Assembly (NCBI GenBank): GCA_001661245.1
Contig: KV454016.1
Coordinates: 1-64,000 of the forward strand
Reading direction: 5' to 3'
From: Pachysolen tannophilus NRRL Y-2460
Taxonomy: Eukaryota
DNA: 64,000 nt
Shown here: positions 1-12,153 of the stretch, one piece after another
Numbering within the stretch: the stretch's first letter is position 1
Layout: every line of letters begins with the position of its first letter
Program-made: the position numbers and the translations under genes
The notes under the pieces: generated by a model
What the model saw: only the letters and a program-made list of their open reading frames with translations
Told to the model about the DNA's origin: nothing
The model's database searches: none

Positions 1-264
1 CACACCACTCACACCACTCACACCACTCACACCACTCACACCACTCACACCACTCACACCACTCACACCACTCACACCACTCACACCACTCACACCACTC
101 ACACCACTCACACCACTCACACCACTCACACCACTCACACCACTCACACCACTCACACCACTCACACCACTCACACCACTCACACCACTCACACCACTCA
201 CACCACTCACACCACTCACACCACTCACACCACTCACACCACTCACACCACTCACACCACTCAC
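1..264 (+). repeat. Telomeric repeat array, 9-bp unit CACACCACT (G-strand AGTGGTGTG), 29 perfect copies
   Basis: Perfect tandem repeat from base 1 to 261 plus a partial CAC; C-rich strand at the 5' end of the sequence, as expected for a left telomere. Confidence 0.93.
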
Positions 265-296
265 TTTCCTAAATTTCCTAAATTTCCTAAATTTCC
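265..296 (+). repeat. Telomere-adjacent 9-bp tandem repeat TTTCCTAAA x3.5
   Basis: tttcctaaa tttcctaaa tttcctaaa tttcc directly abuts the telomeric array. Confidence 0.9.
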
Positions 297-928
297 TTTA
301 GGAGCTATTAGTGCAAATGTTGGGTTAATCATTATTTTAACTTTTCAATTTATCTCTCCATCTCATAAGAAATACCCTCCCTTTTTGAGGCCTGAAAAGA
401 TTACTAATCTATTTGTATTTTCATTCTGTTGCAAGTATACATGGCTTCATTGCTAAAAATGATACTATTAGCTAGCATGAAAAGTTAGTTATTTTTAAAA
501 ACATTGACCTTGGTTATAAGGAGTACAATACTTCCGCTCTATCGTAGTAGTTGTTGTAAGATTTGTCACTTTTTTTATCAAGCACAGCAAAAAATCAGTC
601 TATTTCTCAATCGTCTCTTTATAAGCTTCTGCGAGGGCGCACACAATTACTTTTGGGTATATGTCGGTTCGTTGCTGCCATATCATAACATGTCTACAAA
701 AATGACAGTTCTGCATTAAAACAAATCTTTTATTACTGCTTTCATAATTATCAATACAAATTTTCATTGTCTATATAATTTCAAATAAATAGTTAGATGG
801 AAACTTCATGATTCTTACATATCACGAACTTCTTCACAAACAGTGCTTTCCAAAAACATAAAAGTAAAACATAACCAAAAAGGGTAGTTAATGCATCTGC
901 TTGCATGCCACTCGCATCACAGACCAAC

Positions 929-2548
929 CTAAAATAGTTTATCTTTCTCGAATGTGGCCTCTGTTTCCGCCCATTGACCTCTAACTAGATCTTCTTTGCT
1001 TTTACTTCTAACGGTAAATTTAGCCTTAAACGGTTCGTGTCTTGCTACAATACCACCAGAAATAGCCAAAGGATTTACTGGTATTTCATTACCTTCACTA
1101 TCGGTAGCATGGGAGATCTCAAAGGTCCACAAGATTCGGGCCATAGCCAAGAACAAACTTCTTTCAGCTAAATGCATTCCTGGACAAATTCTACGACCTG
1201 CTCCAAATGTGAAATGATCTCTCAAGTTAGCATCGCTGAGTGCTGCAGATTCTCCAGCTCTCAATGAATCATTTACATATCGCTCAGGCTTGAATTCCCG
1301 TGGCTTAGGATATCTTTTCTCGTCGTGGTTGAGAGTCCAGACATTATTTATGACATGAGCGCCCGCTGGTATCCAATAACCCATGTATTCATCGTCCTTA
1401 TTTGCTGAATGAGGAGCAATACCCATAATACTAGTAGGCATCCATCTGAGTGTCTCTTTTTCAACCCACCTAATATACTGAAGATTTTCTTCGTCATCCA
1501 TTGTAGGCATTCGATCAGGTCCTACAACACGGTCAACTTCTTCTCTGGCAATTTTCTGGACCTCTGGAAAACAAACCATAGCCATAATAAAACCTACAAG
1601 GACACCAGCTGTAGTATCGGATCCAGCCTCTAAGAGAGTACCAGATATATAACAGGCTAGATCGTCCGAAAATCCCAATTTTTTTTGACTTTCAAGCATA
1701 TCAGCACAAAAGCAGGGACCAACCTTTCCTTCCTTTATAGCTTCCCTGCAGTTAACCATATAGCTCATATACAAAGCTTTCTCTTCTTTGTGTAATTCTT
1801 TAGCTTGCCTAGCAGACGGGTTCAAGAAATCTGGCACATATCTGAGAATTGGAAAGTAGTCCATTAATGAATGACTGATTTGAGAAGCAACAGCAAACTT
1901 CTCAAAACCTTCAAAAATCTGCGAAACCTTTGGATCTTCATAAAGAGGAGATCTCCATCCAAAAACCAATTGAGTCGTGAGACTAGTCGAGTAACGACGA
2001 AGATGTTTATGAAAATCATCGGGATTATTAAGCAAATCCACCATCATCTGTCTATTCTCTTGTTCTTGGTAAGGAATATATTTTACAGCTGCCTTAATGT
2101 TTAGCAACTTATGAATCATCTTTCTTGCCATTCTCCAAGTGTCGTTGTAAGGTAAAAAGACAAATCTCAAGCCTCCAGAAATGAGATCCTGACCAACGTA
2201 TATTTCAGGACGAGAAGAGTATATTGTACTTTTTTTATCCAAAAGTTCTTTAATAGCATCGGGACTATTGAGAACGATCACAACTTTTGTACCCAAGATC
2301 AATGAGTATATAGGTCCGTAGGTTTTTGCCCATTCTTGAAACTTTAGGTGCACATTCTTCTTCGGAATTTGAAGAAAATTACCAAAGATCGGAACAGTTG
2401 GCGGACCTGGTGGAAGTCGTGGGTTCCTCTTTCCTATCTGCAAAATCTCATAGATTGTAAAGAGCACGAACAAAATTAACAGAGCATACGAAACATATTC
2501 AAAACTATCGCCTAACAATTTCGAATGTTCTAACATTGATTTCAACAT
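929..2548 (-). CDS. Cytochrome P450, CYP64-like fungal group (includes aromatic/cresol hydroxylases)
   Basis: N-terminal TM anchor, LPPGPP hinge, I-helix EAGSDTT, ETLR, PERY, heme motif FGAGRRICPG. Confidence 0.95.
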   Translation of the reverse strand: MLKSMLEHSKLLGDSFEYVSYALLILFVLFTIYEILQIGKRNPRLPPGPPTVPIFGNFLQIPKKNVHLKFQEWAKTYGPIYSLILGTKVVIVLNSPDAIKELLDKKSTIYSSRPEIYVGQDLISGGLRFVFLPYNDTWRMARKMIHKLLNIKAAVKYIPYQEQENRQMMVDLLNNPDDFHKHLRRYSTSLTTQLVFGWRSPLYEDPKVSQIFEGFEKFAVASQISHSLMDYFPILRYVPDFLNPSARQAKELHKEEKALYMSYMVNCREAIKEGKVGPCFCADMLESQKKLGFSDDLACYISGTLLEAGSDTTAGVLVGFIMAMVCFPEVQKIAREEVDRVVGPDRMPTMDDEENLQYIRWVEKETLRWMPTSIMGIAPHSANKDDEYMGYWIPAGAHVINNVWTLNHDEKRYPKPREFKPERYVNDSLRAGESAALSDANLRDHFTFGAGRRICPGMHLAERSLFLAMARILWTFEISHATDSEGNEIPVNPLAISGGIVARHEPFKAKFTVRSKSKEDLVRGQWAETEATFEKDKLF

Positions 2549-3077
2549 TTTCTAGAGATAATTTTATGACCAACAATCCTGCTCTGTTACTCAATAACTA
2601 AATAAAACTGCATATCATGATTCTTATATCTGCGTTTTCTCAAATGCATAAAAATCTTATCGAACTAAGATAGGAACCTACAATGCATATTATCGATTTT
2701 ATCTGGAATTAAAAAAGATATTGAACTCCCCACTTAACAAAGATAGGGTTCCAATTTAAAAGAAAGGTTCAGCTATATAAAAAAAAAGTATTACTAATTC
2801 GCACCTTCACTAAACAAAATAGGAGCCACTCAACAGCATTCGGTCTCAAATTATAAAACATATTGAACCTGCTCCCCACTCAAAATAGATAAGGACAATA
2901 AATCCAAACAAGTTTTAAATATATGGAAGAATATTATCAAATTAAATCTTCGATAAAAATAATCAAAAACCTAAAGAACCTAAAAAAACACACAAAAAAT
3001 AAAAACCTCCGTAGCCAGCTACAAGTTGACCCATTAAGTTGTAAACCAAAAAATAATATAATATATATATATATTTA

Positions 3078-4136
3078 TTATTTATTAGACTTCTTAAACG
3101 CATAACTCATTTTGCTTAAGTAATGTTCACCTGCAACAATGTTATCATACTTTTTAGGCCTTGATTCAGTAATACATGAAGGCAAGGTCTTCATAACTAC
3201 TTCGTAGTCAGCACCAAAAAAAAATGGAATTGAGTATCTTTCCGTACCAGATCTATTAATGGCTCTGTGCAAAGTAGACAAAAATACGTTGTTAGTCCAA
3301 ATTGATAATGCATCTCCAATATTAACGACAAAAGTACCTGGTATAGGTGTTGCAGGAACCCAGATACCATCTCCAGAAACAACTTCAAGAGAGTTAACAC
3401 TGTCGTCTTGCCTTAAGATGGTAAATAATTCATGGTCAGTATGAGGAAAAATTGCGGTATTTGCATCTGGATTATCGGCAACTTGAGCTGCATAATAGTT
3501 CAAAGCCAACAAACTACCTGGATGAGTAACTTTGTCATCAAAAAAGCTCTCGTCAAGGTTAAGAGCTAGAGCAAAAATTCTAATTAATTTTCTGCTCAAG
3601 GTGAGCATTTGAGAGAAATACTCACTGACACAGGGCTTGAATTCAGGCAATACATCCTGTGGTGGCCATTGGTTGTTTGCATCAAACTTTTCTCCTGTTT
3701 CTTTGCCAAATTCCTTATCATACTTAGCTTCACGACCAAACAACAAACTCTCATAACTGTGAGGTCTCTTTCCCTCTTTTTCATTCAAAGCTTCATATGG
3801 GGCATAACCAAGAAAATATTCATTATTTTTTCTATCGATCTTCAATTTCTCCTGAATTGGAACCTTTTTGAAAAAGTCATCTGCATTTTTTCTAACATTT
3901 TTGACTAGCTCGTCACTTATGCCATGATTTTTAATGTAAAAAAAACCTACTTCGGTGCAGGCCTTGTAAACATCTTCAGCTACCTTCTTCCTCTTGGAGT
4001 AGTCTTCACTCTCAAGATCAGTAAGATCAATAATTGGAAGTTGTCTGAATGGAACATTTCCTTCAGGTTCTTTGACCTTACGAATGCCCATCTCTGGACC
4101 AAGATCGACGACTTGTGTTTCAACTTCTGTACTCAT
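3078..4136 (-). CDS. 2-oxoglutarate/Fe(II) dioxygenase (IPNS/DIOX_N family)
   Basis: LPIIDL and GFFYIKNHGI N-terminal motifs; HTD...H iron triad; RYS 2OG-binding motif. Confidence 0.93.
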   Translation of the reverse strand: MSTEVETQVVDLGPEMGIRKVKEPEGNVPFRQLPIIDLTDLESEDYSKRKKVAEDVYKACTEVGFFYIKNHGISDELVKNVRKNADDFFKKVPIQEKLKIDRKNNEYFLGYAPYEALNEKEGKRPHSYESLLFGREAKYDKEFGKETGEKFDANNQWPPQDVLPEFKPCVSEYFSQMLTLSRKLIRIFALALNLDESFFDDKVTHPGSLLALNYYAAQVADNPDANTAIFPHTDHELFTILRQDDSVNSLEVVSGDGIWVPATPIPGTFVVNIGDALSIWTNNVFLSTLHRAINRSGTERYSIPFFFGADYEVVMKTLPSCITESRPKKYDNIVAGEHYLSKMSYAFKKSNK

Positions 4137-4721
4137 TTTTAGATGAACTTATATTGTTTTTCTCAATAGCGATTATAAACTTTTAACTGTTATTATTTGA
4201 ATTACACTGAAGTATTCAACGTTCTAAGTTTTCTCTTAAATATCCATTTCCATCTTACATTATTGACGTTGTCTTTTCTAATCTATCTTAATGATAATCT
4301 TGATAGGCCATTAATGTGAAGAGGGGTGGTTATGGATCTCTCAAGGGTGGACTCGCAGGTCTATTGCGTCCACTCAAAGAATTTTTCGGGGCCCTTAGTA
4401 GTACAATTCATTACCCACTTTAAAATTGTTCGAGTCATCGTAAACGATTATCAACATCAGTAGGCAAACCTTCATAATGAACTAAATACGACTAATTTTT
4501 AGAAGAGGATCTTGAGATGATTATCTACGGCCAAATCTATTAATAATTATTAGGTCAAAATTGCAACATTTATTTGTAACAAAAACAAAACTCTACTAGT
4601 TTCTTAAATCTTGGAATAATAAACGGTAACTGAGCCTACTGATAAAAATTATCCATTAAAAATCGCAATATGTAATGAAACAAAAAAGTTGTTAATTATC
4701 GCCAATGAAAGGGCAACATAA

Positions 4722-6245
4722 CTACCTACCTACATACTTAAGTTCAATCCATCTTACCAGAAGATGGCCAATAAAGCTCATTGCCAAGGATATAGGAAAT
4801 GCAACATCTCCAGGATAAACACTGCTTATGTCCTTTGCAATTGGACCTGTCCAGTATGTTTCATTCATTCCAACAGTAGCTCCTCCTACACCACACGCAA
4901 AGGCAAATATAGCAGCATATCCCACAGGAAGCTTAGCCTTATTTTCATATTCATGTGCCTCATACCCTGTCTGACGCTTGTAAATGAAATGCTCAGACAA
5001 AAAAATTCCTAGGTAAATAGCAACAAAATACGAAATAAGACCCATAAAATTTTCCATAAAATCAGAAAATTTGTAAAAACACGGAATGCTAACACCCAAA
5101 GCAATACCATTAGCCAGAAGTGTCCACAAAAGTCTAGGAACTAGTTTGAATTTTGGCCATACTGCTTGAGCGGAAAGCGACGAAGAATAAGAGCATGCAA
5201 CATTAGCGGAAGTTAATGATAATGCTAAAAGAACAACACAAAATCCTCCAAAGCCATGCAACGACTTATGGACTAATATTGCAAACGTCAACCCAGCTGC
5301 ACTTTGAGTCTCGTAGTAATAAGCATAATCCGTATTGTTATACATACATACTGCTGCTGCTACTCCAATAATTTGAGTAAAAACAAGTGAGAATATCGTT
5401 CCACTAGTAACATACCAAAATATTTTATGTTTAGAACTTGTCTTTTTCATATACACTGAATAGTCACATCCATAAAGAGTCCAACCAGCAGCATTTCCGA
5501 ATATATCCGCACCGTACGTTAAAACCATTCCTGCTTCAGCTCTCCCAGTAGCCATGGTACCGGTGGAAAAAGATCCTGACATCGTGATTCTAGCGATAAG
5601 AACAAATGATATGATGAAAACAGGAACCCAACTGTACAGTTCAAACTTATGAATAAAATCGTAACCGAGTAAAGATATAACAGTGCTGCAAGCCGACATT
5701 ATAAGAATGGCAGCCCAAGGAGGAAGAGCACCATTACCCAATGTATGAAGGAGTCCTGCACCGGCGACATTGTTGAGAATTTCCCAACCTATACAAATAA
5801 CAGCATTAATTGAGGCAAAAATTTTGACTCCCTGATATCCTACCCAATACCTAGACAACACCATTTGTCTTAAGCCAAATTCTGGACCAAAAGTTGACAT
5901 AAGTCCAACCGGTAAAACACCAATAGCGTTGAAAAATATGATAACAAGGACCGAATCCCAAAACAGTAAACCAAAAGTTGCAGGTCCACTCATTCCTATA
6001 CTAAAGCCTAAATAGATCATGTTTATAGATGAAAATACAAAAGCAATACTATGTTCCTTCTGATCCGTCCTCTGATGCTCTTCTATTCTCTGTACACCAG
6101 TTTCTTCTGCCCCCGATTGGTAGAGAACTTTTTCAACAACAGATTGTTTTCTTTTCTTAATGGAGGATTCTGAATACTCCTCAACATCACCATTGGTGAG
6201 CGAGGCTACACTCTGCAATACCACTTGTTTTTCAATATCAGTCAT
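4722..6245 (-). CDS. NCS1 purine-cytosine/vitamin permease (FCY2/TPN1 family)
   Basis: About 12 TM segments; GPEFGLRQMVLSRYW and LPVGYAAIFAF motifs; first ATG at 6245. Confidence 0.9.
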   Translation of the reverse strand: MTDIEKQVVLQSVASLTNGDVEEYSESSIKKRKQSVVEKVLYQSGAEETGVQRIEEHQRTDQKEHSIAFVFSSINMIYLGFSIGMSGPATFGLLFWDSVLVIIFFNAIGVLPVGLMSTFGPEFGLRQMVLSRYWVGYQGVKIFASINAVICIGWEILNNVAGAGLLHTLGNGALPPWAAILIMSACSTVISLLGYDFIHKFELYSWVPVFIISFVLIARITMSGSFSTGTMATGRAEAGMVLTYGADIFGNAAGWTLYGCDYSVYMKKTSSKHKIFWYVTSGTIFSLVFTQIIGVAAAVCMYNNTDYAYYYETQSAAGLTFAILVHKSLHGFGGFCVVLLALSLTSANVACSYSSSLSAQAVWPKFKLVPRLLWTLLANGIALGVSIPCFYKFSDFMENFMGLISYFVAIYLGIFLSEHFIYKRQTGYEAHEYENKAKLPVGYAAIFAFACGVGGATVGMNETYWTGPIAKDISSVYPGDVAFPISLAMSFIGHLLVRWIELKYVGR

Positions 6246-6886
6246 ACTATCTTTCAACTCTACCAAAAAGTATATATAGAATAATACACTATATTCTTTT
6301 ATTTAAAAAATACCGATCAACAGCGTAGATAGAACTCTTATATTGTTTTTGTTTGTAATAATATCTCATCAAATATTGTTTGATTGCATTGGAGATAAGC
6401 TCTACATCTTCAGACATATTGAAATAAAACTGTATACAATAACCAGCTAAAAAGCACGTTGAGATTCTTATCGTAATGCAGAATCTTTCGTCCCCACGTA
6501 TTGAACGTTTGCAGGCATAATCTAATCTTCAGTGGACATATTCCCACTTTAGTTTCTATGTTTTCGTCCATGCATCCATTTTTCTCAATCAATGCGTTTA
6601 GTATTTGATAGAAGTCTCTATACTGTCTCTGTCCGTTTTTACTTATTGGTCTTATGAATGTCAGTGGACTGCGTGATATCTGACTAATTGTTTACGCTAG
6701 ATCTTAAAGTAATATACTCTCCAAAAAAAGCACATTATATACTACAACTTTTCAGCTACCCATAGAACGGTTAAACAATTAATTTCCTTCGTTTACTTCC
6801 GACTACATACTTTTTGAATAATGGAATCTACTAAATTTAACTAATTATATTCACCTGTATATCAGGTTTCTAAATTACTATAGATA

Positions 6887-7867
6887 TTACTTATCGAAAT
6901 AATTCATTTCAAGTCCTTTAACACCAGGCTCATACTTGAACAAGTGTCCTCCCCAATCGGTTTTTTGCTTACTCAGTGCATCAAAGGCACTAGTAATGTA
7001 GAGAATATCATTATTCAGACCTCCCCAAGTAAGGGAAGAAATGTATTTGGTATTAAATCTAATAGTTTTCTGTAATTTTCCGTTGGAATTAAATATCATT
7101 ATTGAACCTATATTCCACATAGCAACCCATATATTACCTTCTATATCGATGGTCATTCCATCTGGTTGGCCGCCATCTTTGGTTGTATCAGCAAAAATTC
7201 GTTTCTTAGCTATTGTTGAATTTTTAAGATCAAAGTCATAAGCATATATTGCATGACGTCCCGAATCATTTAAATACATAGTATTATTATCTGGACTCCA
7301 AGCTATGCCATTACCACAAATCAATCCATCATCCATCATTTTCAACGTTCCATCGGGCAGATATCTCCATAATCTCCCAAGAGGCTTTCCGTAGCCATCT
7401 GGTAAATTTTCTCCATACGAATAAGCTTTTCTGTCAATCTCTGCGATCCAAAAATTACCATTGCAGTCAATACCTCCGTCATTAAGCCTTCTGATCCTCT
7501 TATCTTCTTTTGGTATGATCTCTCTTAATATTTGTAACTTCCCTGTACCTTCATCCAAAAACGCAATGCCTTGATAATACAGACATAATAATGAACCAGG
7601 TACATTCTTTCGAAAGCGCAGAACCGTGACACTGTCTTCTAGATTAACCACCCGATGTTTGATTACATGTTCTTCATTATTCTCAGTTGGATCTAAATTC
7701 AAAATATGCAATTGTGGAGGATCACTGGAAATATCAAAGTAATATAAACTGTTGTTTGTTTTTCTATAAATTGGACCTTCTCCCAATACACAAGGTTTAT
7801 CCAATACGTAAAACGGCTCCTTGATTTCCATTTCTTGAGCTTCAAAAGGAGTTCTCTGGTTATCCAT
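6887..7867 (-). CDS. SMP-30/gluconolactonase/regucalcin-family lactonase
   Basis: LGEGP, RLNDGGID, GNGIAWSPD, PDGMTID beta-propeller motifs; ATG at 7867. Confidence 0.9.
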   Translation of the reverse strand: MDNQRTPFEAQEMEIKEPFYVLDKPCVLGEGPIYRKTNNSLYYFDISSDPPQLHILNLDPTENNEEHVIKHRVVNLEDSVTVLRFRKNVPGSLLCLYYQGIAFLDEGTGKLQILREIIPKEDKRIRRLNDGGIDCNGNFWIAEIDRKAYSYGENLPDGYGKPLGRLWRYLPDGTLKMMDDGLICGNGIAWSPDNNTMYLNDSGRHAIYAYDFDLKNSTIAKKRIFADTTKDGGQPDGMTIDIEGNIWVAMWNIGSIMIFNSNGKLQKTIRFNTKYISSLTWGGLNNDILYITSAFDALSKQKTDWGGHLFKYEPGVKGLEMNYFDK

Positions 7868-8896
7868 TGTTAACTTTACTTCCAAATCAAACAACACCTT
7901 ACTTTTTGGCAATTGAGTGGAACTTAATAACCATATCAAGTGGTTCTTATAATTAATATTTTCTTGAGTGATAGCATTAAGTTGTTAGCTTTTTATCCAC
8001 AACGTGGGGGAAGTGGAAACATTAGAGTATGCACTTTAGCTGTAGCCCTGTATGGAAGTAAGAAAATTGTATTAAAACCAATTTTGTTTAGAAAGAAACA
8101 AGAGTTCTTACAGTCAGCTCTTCCCATAAACTAAACTTACAACTTCATAGTTTCATCAAGGAAATTGCGGTCGCCGTTACGTTATCTATATTATGGCCTT
8201 TATCAGTACAATAACTTATATCATTTGCCAAGATTATCTATGATTATAAGTGGACAATATAGAAAGATTAACTCCATGTTTTAGAGGCTACAATCATTGC
8301 ACACTGACCACATTAACTGTTGTTTCTTTAAAAAAAAATCTCAATAAAATCTCATACACCAATTAAGATTTAAATTTAATGATAGTTACACCCCCTTTCA
8401 TTTCCCCTACCACATACACAATCGATACACATAGGTTCTCTTTTTTATTATAGCGGTGGTAATATTATAACTGTCAGAAAATACAACTTTCTATTGATAT
8501 CTGTTTCTTGTGACAAAAATTTTGAGACTGTACATTTTTTTTTAATCCACTGACTCTGATATGCTTAATAAATCATAGTAGATTAGGGATACAAGGGGAA
8601 AAATAAAATAGGATTTCAAAGATTTTTACTTAAAGAATATGGTTTTATATGACGAGATAAAATGAAACCAAATATTTTATATTTAGATATCTGAGGACAG
8701 TTATATCAAGTATCTTGAAAAATTTCAATTAAAAAAAACGAGAATTCTAGTCTGTATAGATGGATATTTTTATATTTATTCGATTCAACATTTATTATTT
8801 TTTGATTAAAAATTGATAGTAATTCTGAATATTCTAATAGGTAGAGTAATCATGATTCTTTTGAATCATTCTATAGTTTTCTATAAAAACGGATGA

Positions 8897-9782
8897 TTAC
8901 CATTTGGTGACACCCGCATCTACAATTATGTCTTCACCGCTCATATAGGAACTGGCATCACTTGCGAGAAACACGCAGGTACCCAGCATATCTTCAGGGT
9001 TTGCAACCTTCTTGTTCATACATACATCTTTCCATTCTTCAATTAATTCAGGAAATCCAGCAGTCATTTCTGTTCTCACGTATCCTGGACTTAAAGAATT
9101 AGCTCTTATACCGTACTTTTGTAATTCTGCCGAAATTGGAGCGACCATGGATCTCACAGCTCCTTTAGTACCACAATAGGCAGAACTTCTTTGAGATCTA
9201 ATTGCAATATAGCTCCCCATACTACAAATAAAAACTATACTTCCCTTCTTGGTTCCATTTTTAATCATTTGCTTTGCAGCTAACTGAGCTGTAAAATAAG
9301 AACCTCTAAAATTTACATTGCATAGACGATTGAATTTATCATAAGAAGTTTCCAAAAATTCGATATTTTCGTTAATGCCAGCACAGGGAACACAAATATC
9401 GATCTTTCCTTCAAAATCTTGAACAAATTTTTGAAATGCGGTTTCCAAACTTTGTTGATCCGACACATCAACACTTTAAATTATTAGAATTTTTCTTATA
9501 TTCATTCAAAACATAAGAAAGTACTTACATATAATTTCTCACCTTAACACTGTATTTAGCTTCAAGTTCTTTTGTGTCTTTGATTGGAACTAATAAATCG
9601 AAAATTCCAACATCGCAACCTGATTCCATAAGGGCTTCAGCGCATGCAAAACCGATGCCTCTTCCTCCTCCTGAAACTAGAGCTGTTCTTCCAGAAATAT
9701 CAAACTATTCTATGTTAGTAAAGTATTCATGCAAACCCGTTATAAAAATTGAGAAAAAGTTACTTACTTTATTAAATACCAT
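8897..9782 (-). CDS. Short-chain dehydrogenase/reductase (polyol/sorbose reductase-like); 3 exons 9782-9768, 9704-9529, 9473-8897
   Basis: Splicing two GTAAGT..AG introns (63 and 55 nt) gives MVFNKFDISGRTALVSGGGRGIG...; catalytic YCGTK; NSLSPGY. Confidence 0.9.
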
Positions 9783-10429
9783 TTAATATTAGTGCTGTCT
9801 TTAATTAAGTATAATATAATTATCGATTGCCAAAACATATCATGTTCTTCCCATTTATATAAGCTGAATCTTGAAGTAGTTTTACGTGGACAAGGAAATA
9901 TTATATCTGTTGATCGGGAAGAGAGACCTTGATTGTAAATAAGAAATCACTCTGATAGGCCGAATATAAAAAGTTCATACGCAGTACAAATCATGTTAAT
10001 GCATAGTTTCATGCAGAAGATTCATAGAGACCAACATTTTCAATTGTTACCAGATAGTAGTTGATGATAATATTTGAGGCGAAAAGGAATATTCTTCTTA
10101 ATTAAAATTACGATGATAAATCAAAACTTTTTATTCCTCATTGGAAAGACAAGTTGAATACTCTGAAGACAAGAAGCTAGTGAAGATTACGAGGCTTTAT
10201 AGATGATATATATAGACGTGTCTTATGTTCGCATGGACTCAAACCGTTCTGTCGACCATTCTGAAATGCATTTACTTAGGTGGGGACCTGCTTTCTTTTT
10301 TTGAGTGCCCACATATGATAAGATTTTTCGTTCCCTTTTACTTGACTATAAAAACCGGCCAAGTTGTATCGATAATGGGAACGATGGTACTTTGATCTAA
10401 AGATAATTTTTAGTCTTGACTAAAAAAAG

Positions 10430-11710
10430 ATGAAAATTATTATTGTTGGCGCTGGTTTGGGTGGTTTAAGTGCTGGAATTGCTTTAAAACAAGCGGGTCA
10501 CGATGTAATTGTTTTAGAAGCGGCACATGAGATTGCTGAAGTCGGTGCGGGAATTCAAATTTTGCCAAATGCCAGTAAAATATTGACTGAGTTTGGATTG
10601 AGGCCTATATTGGAAAAATTTGCAGGTTCTCCCAAAATGTGTTATATCAATGGTTGGAAAGGTAACACCATTACGGGCCTTGATTTTGAAAAACAAGGGG
10701 AAGTAATGGGATCGCCTTTCTGGGATTTCCACAGAGCAGACTTACATGGTGGTATGCTTCAGAAGTTTAAAGAATTGGGCGGTGAGACAATTGTTAATTG
10801 CAGAATTGATGATATTTTGTATGATGAATCCAAATTAGAAGCCACTGCTATTTCTTCTACAGGTGAAAGGTACATTGCAGACTTAATTGTTGGTGCAGAT
10901 GGTGTAAATTCCAAATTGAGAGAACTTTTAGTTGGACATAGTGATCCACCAACGAGAACCGGTGACTTAGCTTTTAGAATATTAATAAAAACTGAAGATG
11001 CAATGAAGTACCCGGAACTAGCTGACTTTGTCAACAATCCTCAAGTTAATTACTGGATTGGTCCTCAATGTCATTGTGTCAACTACGTTATCAAGCAGAA
11101 ACAATTTATCAACTTTGTTCTTCTTTGTCCAGATACAGTTCCTGAAGGAATGAATATTTCACCTGCCAGTGTCGAAGAAATAAAGAACATTTTCAAGGAT
11201 TGGGACGAAAGACTTCTTAAGATGATGGACCTCGTTGATAACAAAACAATCTACAAATGGAGATTGTGTTTCAGACCTGGAATTGAAAGTTGGTATCATG
11301 AAAATGGAATGTTTTGTTTATTGGGAGATTCTGTCCATGCCACATTGCCATATTTGGCATCTGGTGCAGGTATGTGTATTGAAGATGGATGTGTCTTGGG
11401 TCATTTGTTGAAAATGTATCCCGATAAGCGTGATCTTAAAACTGCTCTTAAAATTTACCAAGCTTGCAGGAAAGATAGAACTGAAAGAATTGTATCTAGA
11501 GGAAACTTACAGCAATATCTATACCACTTGGACGATGGTGAGGAGCAAGAAGAAAGAGACAGAATTCTAAGACTTCCTGATCCTCCTGCTGGAGAAGCAT
11601 TTGTTTGGAGAGATAAAGAATTGGCCCCTTGGCTTTTGAAATACGATGCTATGAAAGATATTCAAGATAAAATATTCGCACTTAAATCCGGTTCGGCCTT
11701 GCATGTATAG
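10430..11710 (+). CDS. FAD-dependent aromatic monooxygenase (salicylate hydroxylase-like, group A)
   Basis: GAGLGG, VGADG and LLGDSVHATLPYLASGA fingerprints. Confidence 0.93.
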   Translation: MKIIIVGAGLGGLSAGIALKQAGHDVIVLEAAHEIAEVGAGIQILPNASKILTEFGLRPILEKFAGSPKMCYINGWKGNTITGLDFEKQGEVMGSPFWDFHRADLHGGMLQKFKELGGETIVNCRIDDILYDESKLEATAISSTGERYIADLIVGADGVNSKLRELLVGHSDPPTRTGDLAFRILIKTEDAMKYPELADFVNNPQVNYWIGPQCHCVNYVIKQKQFINFVLLCPDTVPEGMNISPASVEEIKNIFKDWDERLLKMMDLVDNKTIYKWRLCFRPGIESWYHENGMFCLLGDSVHATLPYLASGAGMCIEDGCVLGHLLKMYPDKRDLKTALKIYQACRKDRTERIVSRGNLQQYLYHLDDGEEQEERDRILRLPDPPAGEAFVWRDKELAPWLLKYDAMKDIQDKIFALKSGSALHV

Positions 11711-12153
11711 CCTAAAAGTAAATAATATTTTTTGTTTGATTTTTTTCTTTAGAAATATATAATACTAAAATATCTACTATTATCAGAACATAATATTCTT
11801 CTATCTTGTCCCGAATGCCGACATCAGATCAAGTATCATCTTTACCGGTATACCAATGGCAGTATGGTTTTTAGCGATACAAGATTACCGATTGCTTTTA
11901 CTATATCATACCACTTTGAAGTTATGGAATTTAAATCACCTTGATATGGGTAGTATTGATTGAAATCTGTCCGCAGGATGAATACGTCCACGCATTGATG
12001 GATTTTCTTACATGGGGACGTTACGTTAAGTTTATCTTAAACTTCATCCAGTACTTGCAGAGCCGATAAAGAAACAACTATAAAGATGTTATGTTTTGTT
12101 CCTAAAAAAAAAGAAACCTGAAGCTTCTACTATCATGTTGAAGTTGTAAGAAA

